A stretch of DNA of 64,000 nt from an uncultured Gammaproteobacteria bacterium (GTDB lineage Bacteria > Pseudomonadota > Gammaproteobacteria > Arenicellales > JAANXG01). Under the pieces are notes generated by a model that saw nothing but the letters and a program-made list of their open reading frames with translations, was not told the DNA's origin and searched no databases. The stretch is taken from the NCBI GenBank assembly GCA_947258975.1, contig CAMYKK010000003.1:24503-88502 (forward strand), written 5' to 3'. This document shows, one piece after another, positions 7,340 to 16,287 of this stretch. The translations under genes and the position numbers were made by a program. Position 1 is the stretch's first letter. Each line of letters begins with the position of its first letter.

Positions 7340-9010
7340 ATGCTCCGTAGCGTTCGCGCGAATATACATTCCGTAATCTTGGCCGGGTCGATACTCTGCG
7401 GCCCAGCATTTGCCCAAGATGACCCGATGCAGCAGGCGATTTCCGCTTATGAGACGGGGGATTTCGTTAAGGCGGGTCAGTTTTGGGAACCATTGGCGAA
7501 TCAAGGGGACGCCCAGGCGCAATATTCCATGGCGGTGCTCTACCACAAGGGCCAGGGCCGCCCCGCGGATTTTGGCAAAGCGCTGGACTGGTATCGAAAA
7601 GCGGCAGAGCAAAATCACGTCAACTCACTTTTCAATCTTGGCGTCGCCTACTGGGAAGGACGCGGTGTTGCGCGCGACTTACAAGACGCGGTGCAATGGT
7701 GGCGCCGCGCGGCTGACCTCGAGTACGGGGCCGCGCAGCATAATCTCGCAACGGCCTACTACCTCGGGCAAGGCACGGAAAAGAACGTCGAAGAGGCGAT
7801 CAAGTGGTTCCGCTCGGCATCTGCGAACGGCTATACGCGGGCCGACAAGGCGCTGAATGTCATCGAGAACAAATATCCAGAGTTATTTGCCAAGATCGCG
7901 TCGCCCATGGGCTCCGGCGCTCCGGAGCAAGCGGTAAGCACCGCGTCCGCGCCGGAACAAGCATCCGCAGCTGCCGACGCTATGCCTGCCGATGCGGTGG
8001 ACGCGTCTGCGCCGCGCTCGCCGACGGAACAGACCGCGCGTGCGGCGCCGGTGCCGGAGACGACAACGCCGGTCGAAACCGAGACCCGCACCATGGAAAC
8101 CGTGGCGCCAATGCAAGCACAAAAGGTCGCGCGCATCGGGGATCAGGGTGCAAAAGTATACCCGTTCCATCGCCAGTCCCTTCCAACGCTTGACGAATTG
8201 GCGCCTGGTAGTTCAGTTCGGGTCCTGCTCCAGCACCAGGACTGGTTGTATGTACAAGTGCCCGACGGATTTGAGATGTGGGTATACGGCCGTTACGTGA
8301 CTGGCGAGAGCGGGCTGGGGACGGTCAACAACGCGAATGTACGGGCGCGGCCGCTGCCCTCGACCGCGAGCGACTCCTATCCACTGGGCACGTTCAATAA
8401 AGACGAACCCGTTGAAGTGCTCGCGGTTCAGGGAGACTGGAAACGGGTACGTGGCCCGCAGCGATTAGGCGCCTGGGTCAAGGCACGCGACGTGGAGCAG
8501 GAAGCGGTTGCCCAGCAGGCACAGGATGTGACGCCGGCGGCGGGGCCCGACAAGGAGGAAGCGGAAGCCCCGGCTGCGACCTCGGCAATGGCCGCGAAGA
8601 TGGATTCCGCCAAGGAAATGCGAGTGGCGCAGGGTGGCGCCAAGGTTTATCCATTCCATCGCGAGACCCTTCCCGAGATCGGCGAATTGCTGCCAAATAC
8701 CACTGTCCGGCTGGTACTACGACAAGGAGACTGGGCCTATGTACAGGTTCCGGGGGGGCTCGAGGTTTGGGTTTACGGCCGCTATGTGGACGGTGATAGT
8801 GGTCAAGGGACCGTTAATGCCGCGGACGTGCGCGCGCGGCCGGTGCCATCGACCGCCCGGAACTCTTACCCATTAGGAACGTTCAATAAGGGAGAGGCGG
8901 TCGAGGTGCTGGAAGTACAAGGCAAATGGAAGAAGGTTCGTGCTCCGGAACGCTTGGGTGCCTGGGTTAAGGCCGCAGACGTGGTGGCTGGAGACAATCG
9001 TGAATCATAG
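7340..9010 (+). CDS. Secreted Sel1-repeat protein with a duplicated C-terminal SH3b-like module
   Basis: A signal peptide is followed by Sel1 repeats (AQYSMAVLYHKGQG.., SLFNLGVAYWEGRG.., AQHNLATAYYLGQG..) and an Ala/Pro/Thr-rich linker. Two 116-aa units then follow (8147-8494 and 8636-8983), each reading GAKVYPFHR...WVYGRYV...VRARP.PST...YPLGTFNK...GAWVKA.DV. Confidence 0.8.
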   Translation: MLRSVRANIHSVILAGSILCGPAFAQDDPMQQAISAYETGDFVKAGQFWEPLANQGDAQAQYSMAVLYHKGQGRPADFGKALDWYRKAAEQNHVNSLFNLGVAYWEGRGVARDLQDAVQWWRRAADLEYGAAQHNLATAYYLGQGTEKNVEEAIKWFRSASANGYTRADKALNVIENKYPELFAKIASPMGSGAPEQAVSTASAPEQASAAADAMPADAVDASAPRSPTEQTARAAPVPETTTPVETETRTMETVAPMQAQKVARIGDQGAKVYPFHRQSLPTLDELAPGSSVRVLLQHQDWLYVQVPDGFEMWVYGRYVTGESGLGTVNNANVRARPLPSTASDSYPLGTFNKDEPVEVLAVQGDWKRVRGPQRLGAWVKARDVEQEAVAQQAQDVTPAAGPDKEEAEAPAATSAMAAKMDSAKEMRVAQGGAKVYPFHRETLPEIGELLPNTTVRLVLRQGDWAYVQVPGGLEVWVYGRYVDGDSGQGTVNAADVRARPVPSTARNSYPLGTFNKGEAVEVLEVQGKWKKVRAPERLGAWVKAADVVAGDNRES

Positions 9011-9053
9011 TGCCATCACATAGCATGAATACCATCGATTCTTCTAAAATTTT

Positions 9054-10178
9054 GTGACCCAAATGTTGGGATCAGTTAGTCGACGACCGGTGTTAACAGC
9101 CAAGTGGTTTAGGCTGTCATTGCTAATGCTTAGTCTGGTAACGATCACCGTGTCCGCCGCGGTGAATGACGACCAGGAGCTGCGCAATATCGAGGCCCTG
9201 ATCGGGGCCGGCAAAATCCGTTTGGCGTTGAACTATATTGACCGCTATGTCGACCGGAAACCAGGGGACCCCAGGGGGCTTTTTTTGCAGGCACGCGCCG
9301 AAGAAAAGGCGGGTCATCCGGGCAAGGCAGCCAAGATCTATGAGCGGCTGACTCGTGAGTATCCTCGCCTGCCGGAACCATTTATCAATCTCGCTGCCAT
9401 CTACGTCAACGGTGAGCAATTTGAGAAGGCACGGCAGCTTCTTGTAGCGGCGCTGAACACCCATTCAATTTATGCCAAGGTATATGAGAGCCTTAATAAT
9501 CTCCATGCGACCATGGCGAGCCGGGCATACAAAAACGCGTTGTTGTTGGACGACGAGGCGGTAAAACCCAGTCCCAGCACGGTGGGCGCCCTGGTTACCT
9601 GGCCTATAGTGGTACGCTCCGAAGTTGCGGTGACCCTGGGCGATGGGTCTTCGCCTGGGCGCTCGTCAACGGGCAAGAGGGCGTCTGTGGACAATGCGAA
9701 AGTGAAGCCGGCGCCCCCAATAACTGAGCCCGTCAAGGTGGCCAGTCGACCCTTGAGTGCAGCCAACAATGGGCGGCGTATTAACCAGGACACGCCTGAC
9801 ACGAAGCGTGTGGCGTTACGGTCGAGATCGGCGCGCAACGATCGTGAGGCACTGGAAACAACAATCAAAAACTGGGCCGAAGCATGGTCGCGCCAGGAGG
9901 TAGGTCGATACTTGTCGTTCTACAGCAGTCGCTTTCGCCCCAATGCCGGAATGTCGCAAAAACAATGGAAACAGCAGCGCAGACTGAGAATCACCGCAAA
10001 GAAACAGATCCACATCGGGCTGTCCGAATTCAATACGTCAGTAAATGGCCGCACCGCTACGGCCGTGTTCCTGCAGGCCTACCAATCCAATACGTTTAGC
10101 GATGTGGTTCGCAAAAAGCTAATCCTGGAGCGTGGTGCAGAGGGCTGGAAGATCATACGTGAAAGCAATGCGCGCTGA
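9054..10178 (+). CDS. TPR-repeat protein with C-terminal NTF2/SnoaL-like (Cds6-type) domain
   Basis: N-terminal TM/signal segment, TPR-like helices, a low-complexity linker, and a C-terminus ..IKNWAEAWSRQEVGRYLSFYSSRFRP..QWKQQRRLRI.. typical of the NTF2-like domain seen in Cds6-family proteins. The start is GTG 9054 or ATG 9063. Confidence 0.65.
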   Translation: MTQMLGSVSRRPVLTAKWFRLSLLMLSLVTITVSAAVNDDQELRNIEALIGAGKIRLALNYIDRYVDRKPGDPRGLFLQARAEEKAGHPGKAAKIYERLTREYPRLPEPFINLAAIYVNGEQFEKARQLLVAALNTHSIYAKVYESLNNLHATMASRAYKNALLLDDEAVKPSPSTVGALVTWPIVVRSEVAVTLGDGSSPGRSSTGKRASVDNAKVKPAPPITEPVKVASRPLSAANNGRRINQDTPDTKRVALRSRSARNDREALETTIKNWAEAWSRQEVGRYLSFYSSRFRPNAGMSQKQWKQQRRLRITAKKQIHIGLSEFNTSVNGRTATAVFLQAYQSNTFSDVVRKKLILERGAEGWKIIRESNAR

Positions 10179-10256
10179 CGGTTTCCGTCGACGGGATTGC
10201 GCCCAGAGAAACAATCTAAAAGGTGGCGGGAAATAGATGGACCGCTCAGGGACCGA

Positions 10257-11453
10257 TTAATTGTCCAGGGTTGGGTAGGACAGTGCCTGGCCGTTTAGCT
10301 CGGTTTTTGCCATTTTGATCTTCGGCACATTTCGCTGCAGCCAATAGACTAGATCAACCCACATATGGGTGACTTGCTGCGAACTGGGCATCACATAGGC
10401 GTGCGGCATTTCCAGCGTGACCACTGGAATACCTTTGTGGACGCCCGCGTAGTTGCCCAGAGAGCCGGGAAACGTGCCAAGAAAGTCTCGATGTAATATT
10501 CCGATGCGACGTGGTGCGGAACGACGATCTATCGCATCATAATCAACGATACCGTGAGGCGCGTGCACACTAACAATGATGTCCGGCCTGAAGCGTTCGA
10601 TTTCCTCCACCAGCCATTGAGTTTCCGGTTCGCTGCCGGGCGCGGGACCTGGATAGCGGCGTGGATCGCGCCCCGTGGTTTTTACCCAGTAGTCCCTACT
10701 TAACTGCTGCCACTCCGGCGTCGGCAGATTGCGATTCAAGTCTATTCCGTTGGCATTGGTTCGTGTCGGTTTATTCACCAGCAATCCGTCGGGATTTAGC
10801 AGCGGTGTAATCCGCCAATGAAACATTCCGGTGTGATAGCGTTTTAGTTTATGCATCCATTTGAATACGGAGCTGATTGAAGTTAACTCGTCAGCGTGAG
10901 TTCCGCCAATCAAAAGCACCCGTCCAAGCGGCTTGCGATTAGACATCGGTGGAAACTCGCGCACCACGATGGGCTGTTTATTGGCCGTATAGTATTTCGC
11001 CGGTCGCAGGGCAAGTGACAGACAGTCATCAAGACTTATGCTCGCGAGTTTCTTCGCCACTCGCTGACAGATGCGGCTCACTTGCCCATTCTGTTCCGGA
11101 GGCAATGGTGGTGGTGGGGGGATACGTGGACGCGTCTTGACGGTCGCTTTGGGCTCGTCGAAATGCTGCTCGCTGGCTACGGGCGCAGGTGTTTTCGTCG
11201 CGGGTTTTTTGCCCGTTTTGGCAGCGGCCCTTGCAACCGCTTTTTCAACTCGCTGAGGTTCATGCATCTGCGGCGACGTCGGTGCCGCGCTGGGCAGGCG
11301 TTCAGCTCGTGTGGTTGAATCCGATGTTTCCGCGCCGGTCGGTGGCGAGGTTGACGGCAGCCGCGTAGCGCAAGCCGCCACCAGAACTAATGGCGCAACA
11401 ATAACCAAATAGAGGATCGGCGGGAACTTCACGTACTTAAGAATAGCAGACAT
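10257..11453 (-). CDS. M14-family zinc carboxypeptidase / murein peptide amidase (MpaA-like) lipoprotein
   Basis: Lipobox-like LVLVAAC, a Pro/Ala-rich linker, then M14 motifs (GGTHADELTS, NPDG, GIDLNRN, SVHAPHG). Confidence 0.8.
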   Translation of the reverse strand: MSAILKYVKFPPILYLVIVAPLVLVAACATRLPSTSPPTGAETSDSTTRAERLPSAAPTSPQMHEPQRVEKAVARAAAKTGKKPATKTPAPVASEQHFDEPKATVKTRPRIPPPPPLPPEQNGQVSRICQRVAKKLASISLDDCLSLALRPAKYYTANKQPIVVREFPPMSNRKPLGRVLLIGGTHADELTSISSVFKWMHKLKRYHTGMFHWRITPLLNPDGLLVNKPTRTNANGIDLNRNLPTPEWQQLSRDYWVKTTGRDPRRYPGPAPGSEPETQWLVEEIERFRPDIIVSVHAPHGIVDYDAIDRRSAPRRIGILHRDFLGTFPGSLGNYAGVHKGIPVVTLEMPHAYVMPSSQQVTHMWVDLVYWLQRNVPKIKMAKTELNGQALSYPTLDN

Positions 11454-11484
11454 ATGCTTTTGTTGTTACCAGAACTATGCCGTG

Positions 11485-11575
11485 CTACCTATTGTTTGTA
11501 AATAGGTAGTCCGGAGTGGGACTCGCATCGAACTGATGCTCGGGGATGTTGTTGGGGGGGCGCCCCACTCCGGAC
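11485..11575. other. Nested palindromes in the leader region of the M14 peptidase gene
   Basis: CTACCTATT (11485-11493) pairs with AATAGGTAG (11501-11509). It is followed directly by GTCCGGAGTGGG (11509-11520), which pairs with CCCACTCCGGAC (11564-11575). That stem encloses a small hairpin GCATC-N5-GATGC. Confidence 0.35.
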
Positions 11576-11722
11576 GACCGTCCGTTGAAATCGAGTTCCG
11601 TGCGATGGTGAATTATCCCCTGCGCGAGACAATCCGTCAGCGGGGCCGCTGGATTTGTTGCGATTATTTACAAAATCATTCCGCAGTTGGAACTTATTGC
11701 CAGATTATTGGCCTTCTTGATC

Positions 11723-11841
11723 AGGACAATTAAATTGTCCTCCCGCTTACCCTCCCTAAGCGGGCAGATTCTGTTCATCGCAGAATCTAAGCGTTTAAGG
11801 CCCCGGAATGCCTTCCCCTTGCGTCCGGGGCGTTTTTGTTT
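11723..11841 (+). ncRNA. Candidate small RNA (four stem-loops plus intrinsic terminator), positional analogue of spf/Spot 42 and ErsA
   Basis: HP1 is AGGACAAT-TAA-ATTGTCCT (11723-11741). HP2 is CCCGCTTA-CCCTCCC-TAAGCGGG (11742-11764). HP3 is AGATTCTG-TTCATCG-CAGAATCT (11766-11788). HP4 is GCCCCGG-N18-CCGGGGC followed by GTTTTTGTTT (11800-11841). Only the + strand has a U-tract. It is convergent with engB, as spf is in E. coli. I saw no sequence similarity to Spot 42 beyond the terminator style. Confidence 0.35.
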
Positions 11842-12457
11842 CCGTGTGGCTCAGCCATCCCACGAGTATGTCTCGCGCATCTGGACAACCCCTTCGATTC
11901 GCCGAGGAGAATAGCTGAACGGATACCGCATTAGAGAGACCACGGAGCCGAATTACCACGTCACGCAGAGACTGCTGCGCCTTACTGCGGCTCAGCTTGT
12001 CGGATTTGGTCAACAATACGTGCACTGGTAAGTGGGCGCACTCACTCCACTCCAACATCTGGCGGTCGAGTCTCGTTAACGGGTGGCGAACGTCCATGAG
12101 CAGTATCAAGCCGCAAAGACTGGAGCGTGTGCGTAGAAAACGCTCGATCATTTGGCCCCAGTGCTGCCGCAAGGTTTTCGGCACCTTGGCATAACCATAT
12201 CCAGGCAGGTCCACCAATCGACGGTCGCTGTCGAGGCGGAAGAAAACGATTTGCTGTGTGCGTCCGGGGACCTTGCTGGTACGCGCCAGGTGTCGCCGAT
12301 TGGTAATCGTGTTGATCGCGCTCGATTTCCCGACGTTTGATCGCCCAGCGAACGCAATTTCCGCGCCGTGATCCGGCGGCCATTGTTCAGCATTGTGGGC
12401 GCTGATCAAGAATTCCGGATTGTGTAACAAAAGCGGTAAAATATGCTCGTCGGTCAT
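11795..12457 (-). CDS. engB: Ribosome biogenesis GTP-binding protein YihA/EngB
   Basis: G1 motif FAGRSNVGKSSAIN, then TSKVPGRTQ, DLPGYGYA and LTKSDKL. Divergent from the cytochrome c4 gene, as in pseudomonads. Confidence 0.92.
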   Translation of the reverse strand: MTDEHILPLLLHNPEFLISAHNAEQWPPDHGAEIAFAGRSNVGKSSAINTITNRRHLARTSKVPGRTQQIVFFRLDSDRRLVDLPGYGYAKVPKTLRQHWGQMIERFLRTRSSLCGLILLMDVRHPLTRLDRQMLEWSECAHLPVHVLLTKSDKLSRSKAQQSLRDVVIRLRGLSNAVSVQLFSSANRRGCPDARDILVGWLSHTETKTPRTQGEGIPGP

Positions 12458-12635
12458 GAGATCGGCGGTTGGTCGTGGTGTTGAGGCCCTCTCGGCGACA
12501 TGATATAAAAACCGCAGTAATCTCTGGGCTTAAATGGGTCGCCGCGTTCTACCGGACTTAGGGTGCTGTCTGTCAGTCTCCTCGAGTGCCGCCGGTTCGA
12601 GCGCATGTATCCGAGCCTTTCACGTGGAGTAAACT

Positions 12636-13292
12636 ATGATCAAGTTATTACCTTTTGCGGCAGTATTAGTATCCTTTTCCCTTGCGGGTAACGCCAGCCA
12701 CTTGGAACCACCTCTTGAGCTGCCCGCCGCCGACGCCGCGGCCGGACAGGATAAGGCCAAGGTGTGTGCAAGTTGTCACGGCGCGGACGGCAACAGCACC
12801 AATCCCGCCTATCCCAGCCTTGCTGGGCAGGTATACGGCTATATTGCAGCTCAGTTGTCGCTGTTTAAGTCCGGCCAACGCAAGAATGATATCATGATGG
12901 GAATGGCGGCCGGCCTGTCGGAGCAGGACCTCGCCGATCTCGATGCCTACTATTCCAGCCAGAAAACAAAGCCAGGCGTCGTGTCTGAGAAAGAAAGAGA
13001 GGCGGTGTTGCGTGGCGAGCGCTTGTATCGGGGTGGTTATGCCCCGCTGCAGGTCGCGGCGTGCATTAGCTGTCATGGACCCCAGGGACACGGGATCCCA
13101 CTGCGCTATCCCAGAGTCGCCGGTCAGCATCGGAAGTATCTCGAGGATCAGCTGTTGGCGTTCAAGGGCAGCTACGAAACGCCTGAGACTGCGGTACGTT
13201 TTAGCTACGGTGACATCATGACACGCATCGCTTTTTTGCTGTCAGACCAGCAAATCAAAGACCTGTCCGCATATATGCACGCCATGAATTGA
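12636..13292 (+). CDS. Dihaem cytochrome c4
   Basis: A signal peptide plus two CxxCH motifs (CASCH, CISCH) in a roughly 200-aa two-domain layout. Confidence 0.9.
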   Translation: MIKLLPFAAVLVSFSLAGNASHLEPPLELPAADAAAGQDKAKVCASCHGADGNSTNPAYPSLAGQVYGYIAAQLSLFKSGQRKNDIMMGMAAGLSEQDLADLDAYYSSQKTKPGVVSEKEREAVLRGERLYRGGYAPLQVAACISCHGPQGHGIPLRYPRVAGQHRKYLEDQLLAFKGSYETPETAVRFSYGDIMTRIAFLLSDQQIKDLSAYMHAMN

Positions 13293-13328
13293 CCTTGCAG
13301 TAACACCGCGCCGGGGCGTCGGCAACTG

Positions 13329-13414
13329 ACCCGCGTTTCTTCCCAGGATCGCGGAGTCGCAGTGCGGGGACAAGGAAAAACGGGCGTCAGAATCTGTGAC
13401 TCCGACCCCGTTTT
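13329..13414. repeat. Diverged copy of the composite repeat, with a degenerate bidirectional-terminator hairpin between convergent cc4 and hemL
   Basis: CCCGCGTTTCTTCCCAGG resembles module M1, and GCGGAGTCGCAGT is shared with 7131-7143. AAAAACGGGCGTCAGAATCTGTGACTCCGACCCCGTTTT is a hairpin with a bulge and mismatches, flanked by A- and T-runs. Confidence 0.5.
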
Positions 13415-13561
13415 GTCATGACCCCACCCTACCGACATCTTTCCGACCCAGATGATGCGGCCGTCAGCCCGGTAACCGGTTCCGTCTTCGTGGCGTTGAC
13501 CGCCAACAAGCGCCGCATACGCGCCGAAGTGGATGCCGCAAATCCGCGCGCCCACAATATG

Positions 13562-14839
13562 CTAAGCGATATCACGAAACACGTGATGTGCCGCCTCGAC
13601 GGTCGTATCAATGTCCTGTTCCGTATGGGCCGCGGATACGAACCCGGCTTCAAAGGGAGATGGTGCCAGATAAACGCCCTGGGCCAGCATGCCGTGAAAG
13701 AAGCGCTTGAACCGGTCGACGTCGCACGCCATGACCTGCTCGAAACTGGTCACTTGCTCGTCCTCGGTAAAGAATATACCGAACATGCTACCGACATTCT
13801 GGGTGCACACGGCGATGCCCGTTTCCACGGCGGCCTCGTCCAGACCGGAGACCAGGCGAGCGGTTTTCTCCTCCAGGCACTCATAAAATCCCGGCTCTGA
13901 AATGAGTTTGAGAGTGTTCAGCCCGGCGGCCATTGCCACTGGATTGCCCGAGAGCGTACCCGCTTGATAAACAGGGCCGTCCGGGGCGATGAAATCCATG
14001 ATCTCCGTGCCGCCGCCGAAAGCCCCGACCGGCATCCCGCCGCCGATTATTTTTCCGAACGTGGTCAGATCCGGGGAGACGTCGTATGCGCCTTGTGCGC
14101 CCCTGGGTCCCACGCGGAATCCCGTCATCACCTCGTCAAAAATGAGCACGCTTCGATGCTTATCGCAGAGTTCGCGCAGCCCCGCGAGGAAACCCGGGAC
14201 CGGTGGCACGCAGTTCATGTTTCCGGCGACCGGCTCTACGATGACGGCGGCGATCTGATCGCCCAGTTCTCCAAACACTTCATCTACCTGCTGCAGGTTG
14301 TTGTACTCCAGGGCCAAAGTGTGCTCAGCCAGTGCTGCAGGTATGCCGGGAGAAGTTGGCGTGCCCAGCGTCAGCGCCCCGGATCCGGCTTTCACCAGCA
14401 GGCTGTCCACGTGCCCGTGGTAACAACCTTCGAACTTCACGAGTTTATCGCGCGCGGTGTATCCGCGGGCCAATCGGATCGCGCTCATCGTTGCCTCGGT
14501 ACCGGAACTGACCATGCGCACCTTGTCCACGGTGGGTATCCGGTCACAAATCATCTTAGCCATAGCGGTCTCCACTTGCGTGGGTGCGCCGAAGCTCAAG
14601 CCCTTATCCGCCATCGACTTGACTGCCGCGATGACGTCAGGATGGGCATGACCGAGAATCATTGGCCCCCACGACCCGACATAATCGATGTAGCGGTTGC
14701 CATCCTCGTCCCACAAATAGGCGCCTTGTGCGCGATGAATGAACACCGGCTCGCCGCCGACACTCTTGAATGCCCGTACTGGGGAATTGACACCGCCAGG
14801 GATATACTCTCTGGCTCGTTCAAATAATGACTCTTTCAT
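13562..14839 (-). CDS. hemL: Glutamate-1-semialdehyde 2,1-aminomutase
   Basis: 425 aa. N-terminus ..[12 protein letters not shown]..; the PLP-enzyme fold is colinear with HemL. Confidence 0.97.
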   Translation of the reverse strand: MKESLFERAREYIPGGVNSPVRAFKSVGGEPVFIHRAQGAYLWDEDGNRYIDYVGSWGPMILGHAHPDVIAAVKSMADKGLSFGAPTQVETAMAKMICDRIPTVDKVRMVSSGTEATMSAIRLARGYTARDKLVKFEGCYHGHVDSLLVKAGSGALTLGTPTSPGIPAALAEHTLALEYNNLQQVDEVFGELGDQIAAVIVEPVAGNMNCVPPVPGFLAGLRELCDKHRSVLIFDEVMTGFRVGPRGAQGAYDVSPDLTTFGKIIGGGMPVGAFGGGTEIMDFIAPDGPVYQAGTLSGNPVAMAAGLNTLKLISEPGFYECLEEKTARLVSGLDEAAVETGIAVCTQNVGSMFGIFFTEDEQVTSFEQVMACDVDRFKRFFHGMLAQGVYLAPSPFEAGFVSAAHTEQDIDTTVEAAHHVFRDIA

Positions 14840-14851
14840 CTCGTATTTGTC

Positions 14852-15472
14852 TCATTCGTGGAATAATTTTGTCAGCTGTTCAGCCGCTTGGCGCCGGTCC
14901 GCAGCGCTAAAGACGGCACGAATGACCGCCAATGCATCCGCGCCCGCCGCCAGCAGGGAGGCACCATTTTCCAGCGTAATTCCGCCAATCGCAACGATGG
15001 GTATCGGTGCTTCTTGCCGGGCGCGCCGTAACAATGCCAGTGTCGCGTGCCGCGCGTTAGGTTTGGTGGTGGATGCATAAAAGCTCCCAAAGGCGACATA
15101 ATCGGCGCCGTGTTCCCATGACCGGCGCGCGCGGTTCAAGTCGTTGTAGCATGAAACCCCGATCAGCCGTGTCGGCCCGACCACGCGGCGCGCGTCTCGC
15201 AATGCTAAGTCCTGGTCGCCGATATGAACGCCATCAGCATCGGTATCGACGGTCAATTCAGCATCGTCATTGACAATGAACGTCACCTTGTATTCCCGGC
15301 ATATTTTGCGTATCTCGCGCGCCTGTTGCAGCCGGATCGCATAATCGGCAGTCTTGTTTCTGTATTGCACAACACGCGCACCGCCGACAATTGCCTGAAC
15401 CACGTCGTTGGTCAATTGGTGCGCCGGAATCAGGTCGGGGTCGGTGATGACATAAAGGCCGCGGATAGTCAT
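14852..15472 (-). CDS. thiE: Thiamine-phosphate synthase
   Basis: MTIRGLYVITDPDL.. is a typical ThiE start. The ATG at 15472 overlaps the thiD stop (ATGA). The longer track ORF (to 15676) overlaps thiD. Confidence 0.9.
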   Translation of the reverse strand: MTIRGLYVITDPDLIPAHQLTNDVVQAIVGGARVVQYRNKTADYAIRLQQAREIRKICREYKVTFIVNDDAELTVDTDADGVHIGDQDLALRDARRVVGPTRLIGVSCYNDLNRARRSWEHGADYVAFGSFYASTTKPNARHATLALLRRARQEAPIPIVAIGGITLENGASLLAAGADALAVIRAVFSAADRRQAAEQLTKLFHE

Positions 15473-16287
15473 GGGCCGACTCTCTGCGAGCGCCATATTC
15501 GTTGCGGGATGTGCTGCCCGGATCCTACACGGTAACCACGGCGAAGCGACTGCCAGGTATATTCCAGCGCGTTGTTGACCGCTTCGCTCATGGGCTGTCC
15601 GTAGGCCAGGTGTGCCGCTACGGCGGCGGCAAGCGTGCAACCAGAGCCGTGAAAGACCCCAGGCAGACGCGGCCATTGTGAACGCTCGACCGTTTCGGTC
15701 GACCCCTGATACAAGCGATGCACGACCTGGGTTGTCGCGGCGTGCGTACCGGTTACCAGGACATTCTCACAACCACTTGCCATAAGCGCCTCTGCTGCCT
15801 GATCCGCTTCCCCGGTGGCAGTCAATGCTCGGCACTCGTTGATATTCGGGGTGGCAAGTGTGGCGCGTGGCAGCAGCGAGGATTGCAATGCCGGGACCAG
15901 ATCGGGTTCCCCCAGTGGCCCTCCGGCGTCGGCGCAGAGGATGGGATCCACCACCAGCGGGACGGCCGACAACGCCGCGACGACCTCTGTTACGGCCGCA
16001 ACGATCGACGCCGACCCCAACATGCCGGTTTTGCAGGCGGCGATGGGAGTGTCTTCCAACAAAGCTCCCGCTTGCGCCGCGATCAGCTCTGCTTCCAGGA
16101 GCTGAAAGCGCTCTACTTGCTTGGTGTTTTGGACGGTAATGGCGGTGATTACCACGATCGGGTGACAACCCAGCGCAAGCAGCGTTGCGATGTCGGCGGC
16201 AATGCCAGCGCCCCCACTGGGGTCATGTCCGCCGAATACCAGCACGGTCGGTATTTGTATTGGTGGACTTGTCTCGGAGGGGAGCAT
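15469..16287 (-). CDS. thiD: Hydroxymethylpyrimidine/phosphomethylpyrimidine kinase
   Basis: ..VLVFGGHDPSGGAGIAADI.. and the C-terminal ..GSGCTLAAAVAAHLA.. Start trimmed to the ATG at 16287 (MLPSETSPP..). Confidence 0.9.
   Translation of the reverse strand: MLPSETSPPIQIPTVLVFGGHDPSGGAGIAADIATLLALGCHPIVVITAITVQNTKQVERFQLLEAELIAAQAGALLEDTPIAACKTGMLGSASIVAAVTEVVAALSAVPLVVDPILCADAGGPLGEPDLVPALQSSLLPRATLATPNINECRALTATGEADQAAEALMASGCENVLVTGTHAATTQVVHRLYQGSTETVERSQWPRLPGVFHGSGCTLAAAVAAHLAYGQPMSEAVNNALEYTWQSLRRGYRVGSGQHIPQRIWRSQRVGP

Noticed and set aside
11689-11720. SigmaE/AlgU promoter for the candidate sRNA
   Set aside because: GGAACTT is a good -35, but no TCTGA/TCAAA-like -10 lies at 16-17 nt. 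The nearest candidate, TCTTGA, is at 19 nt. It is noted in the finding but not annotated as a feature.
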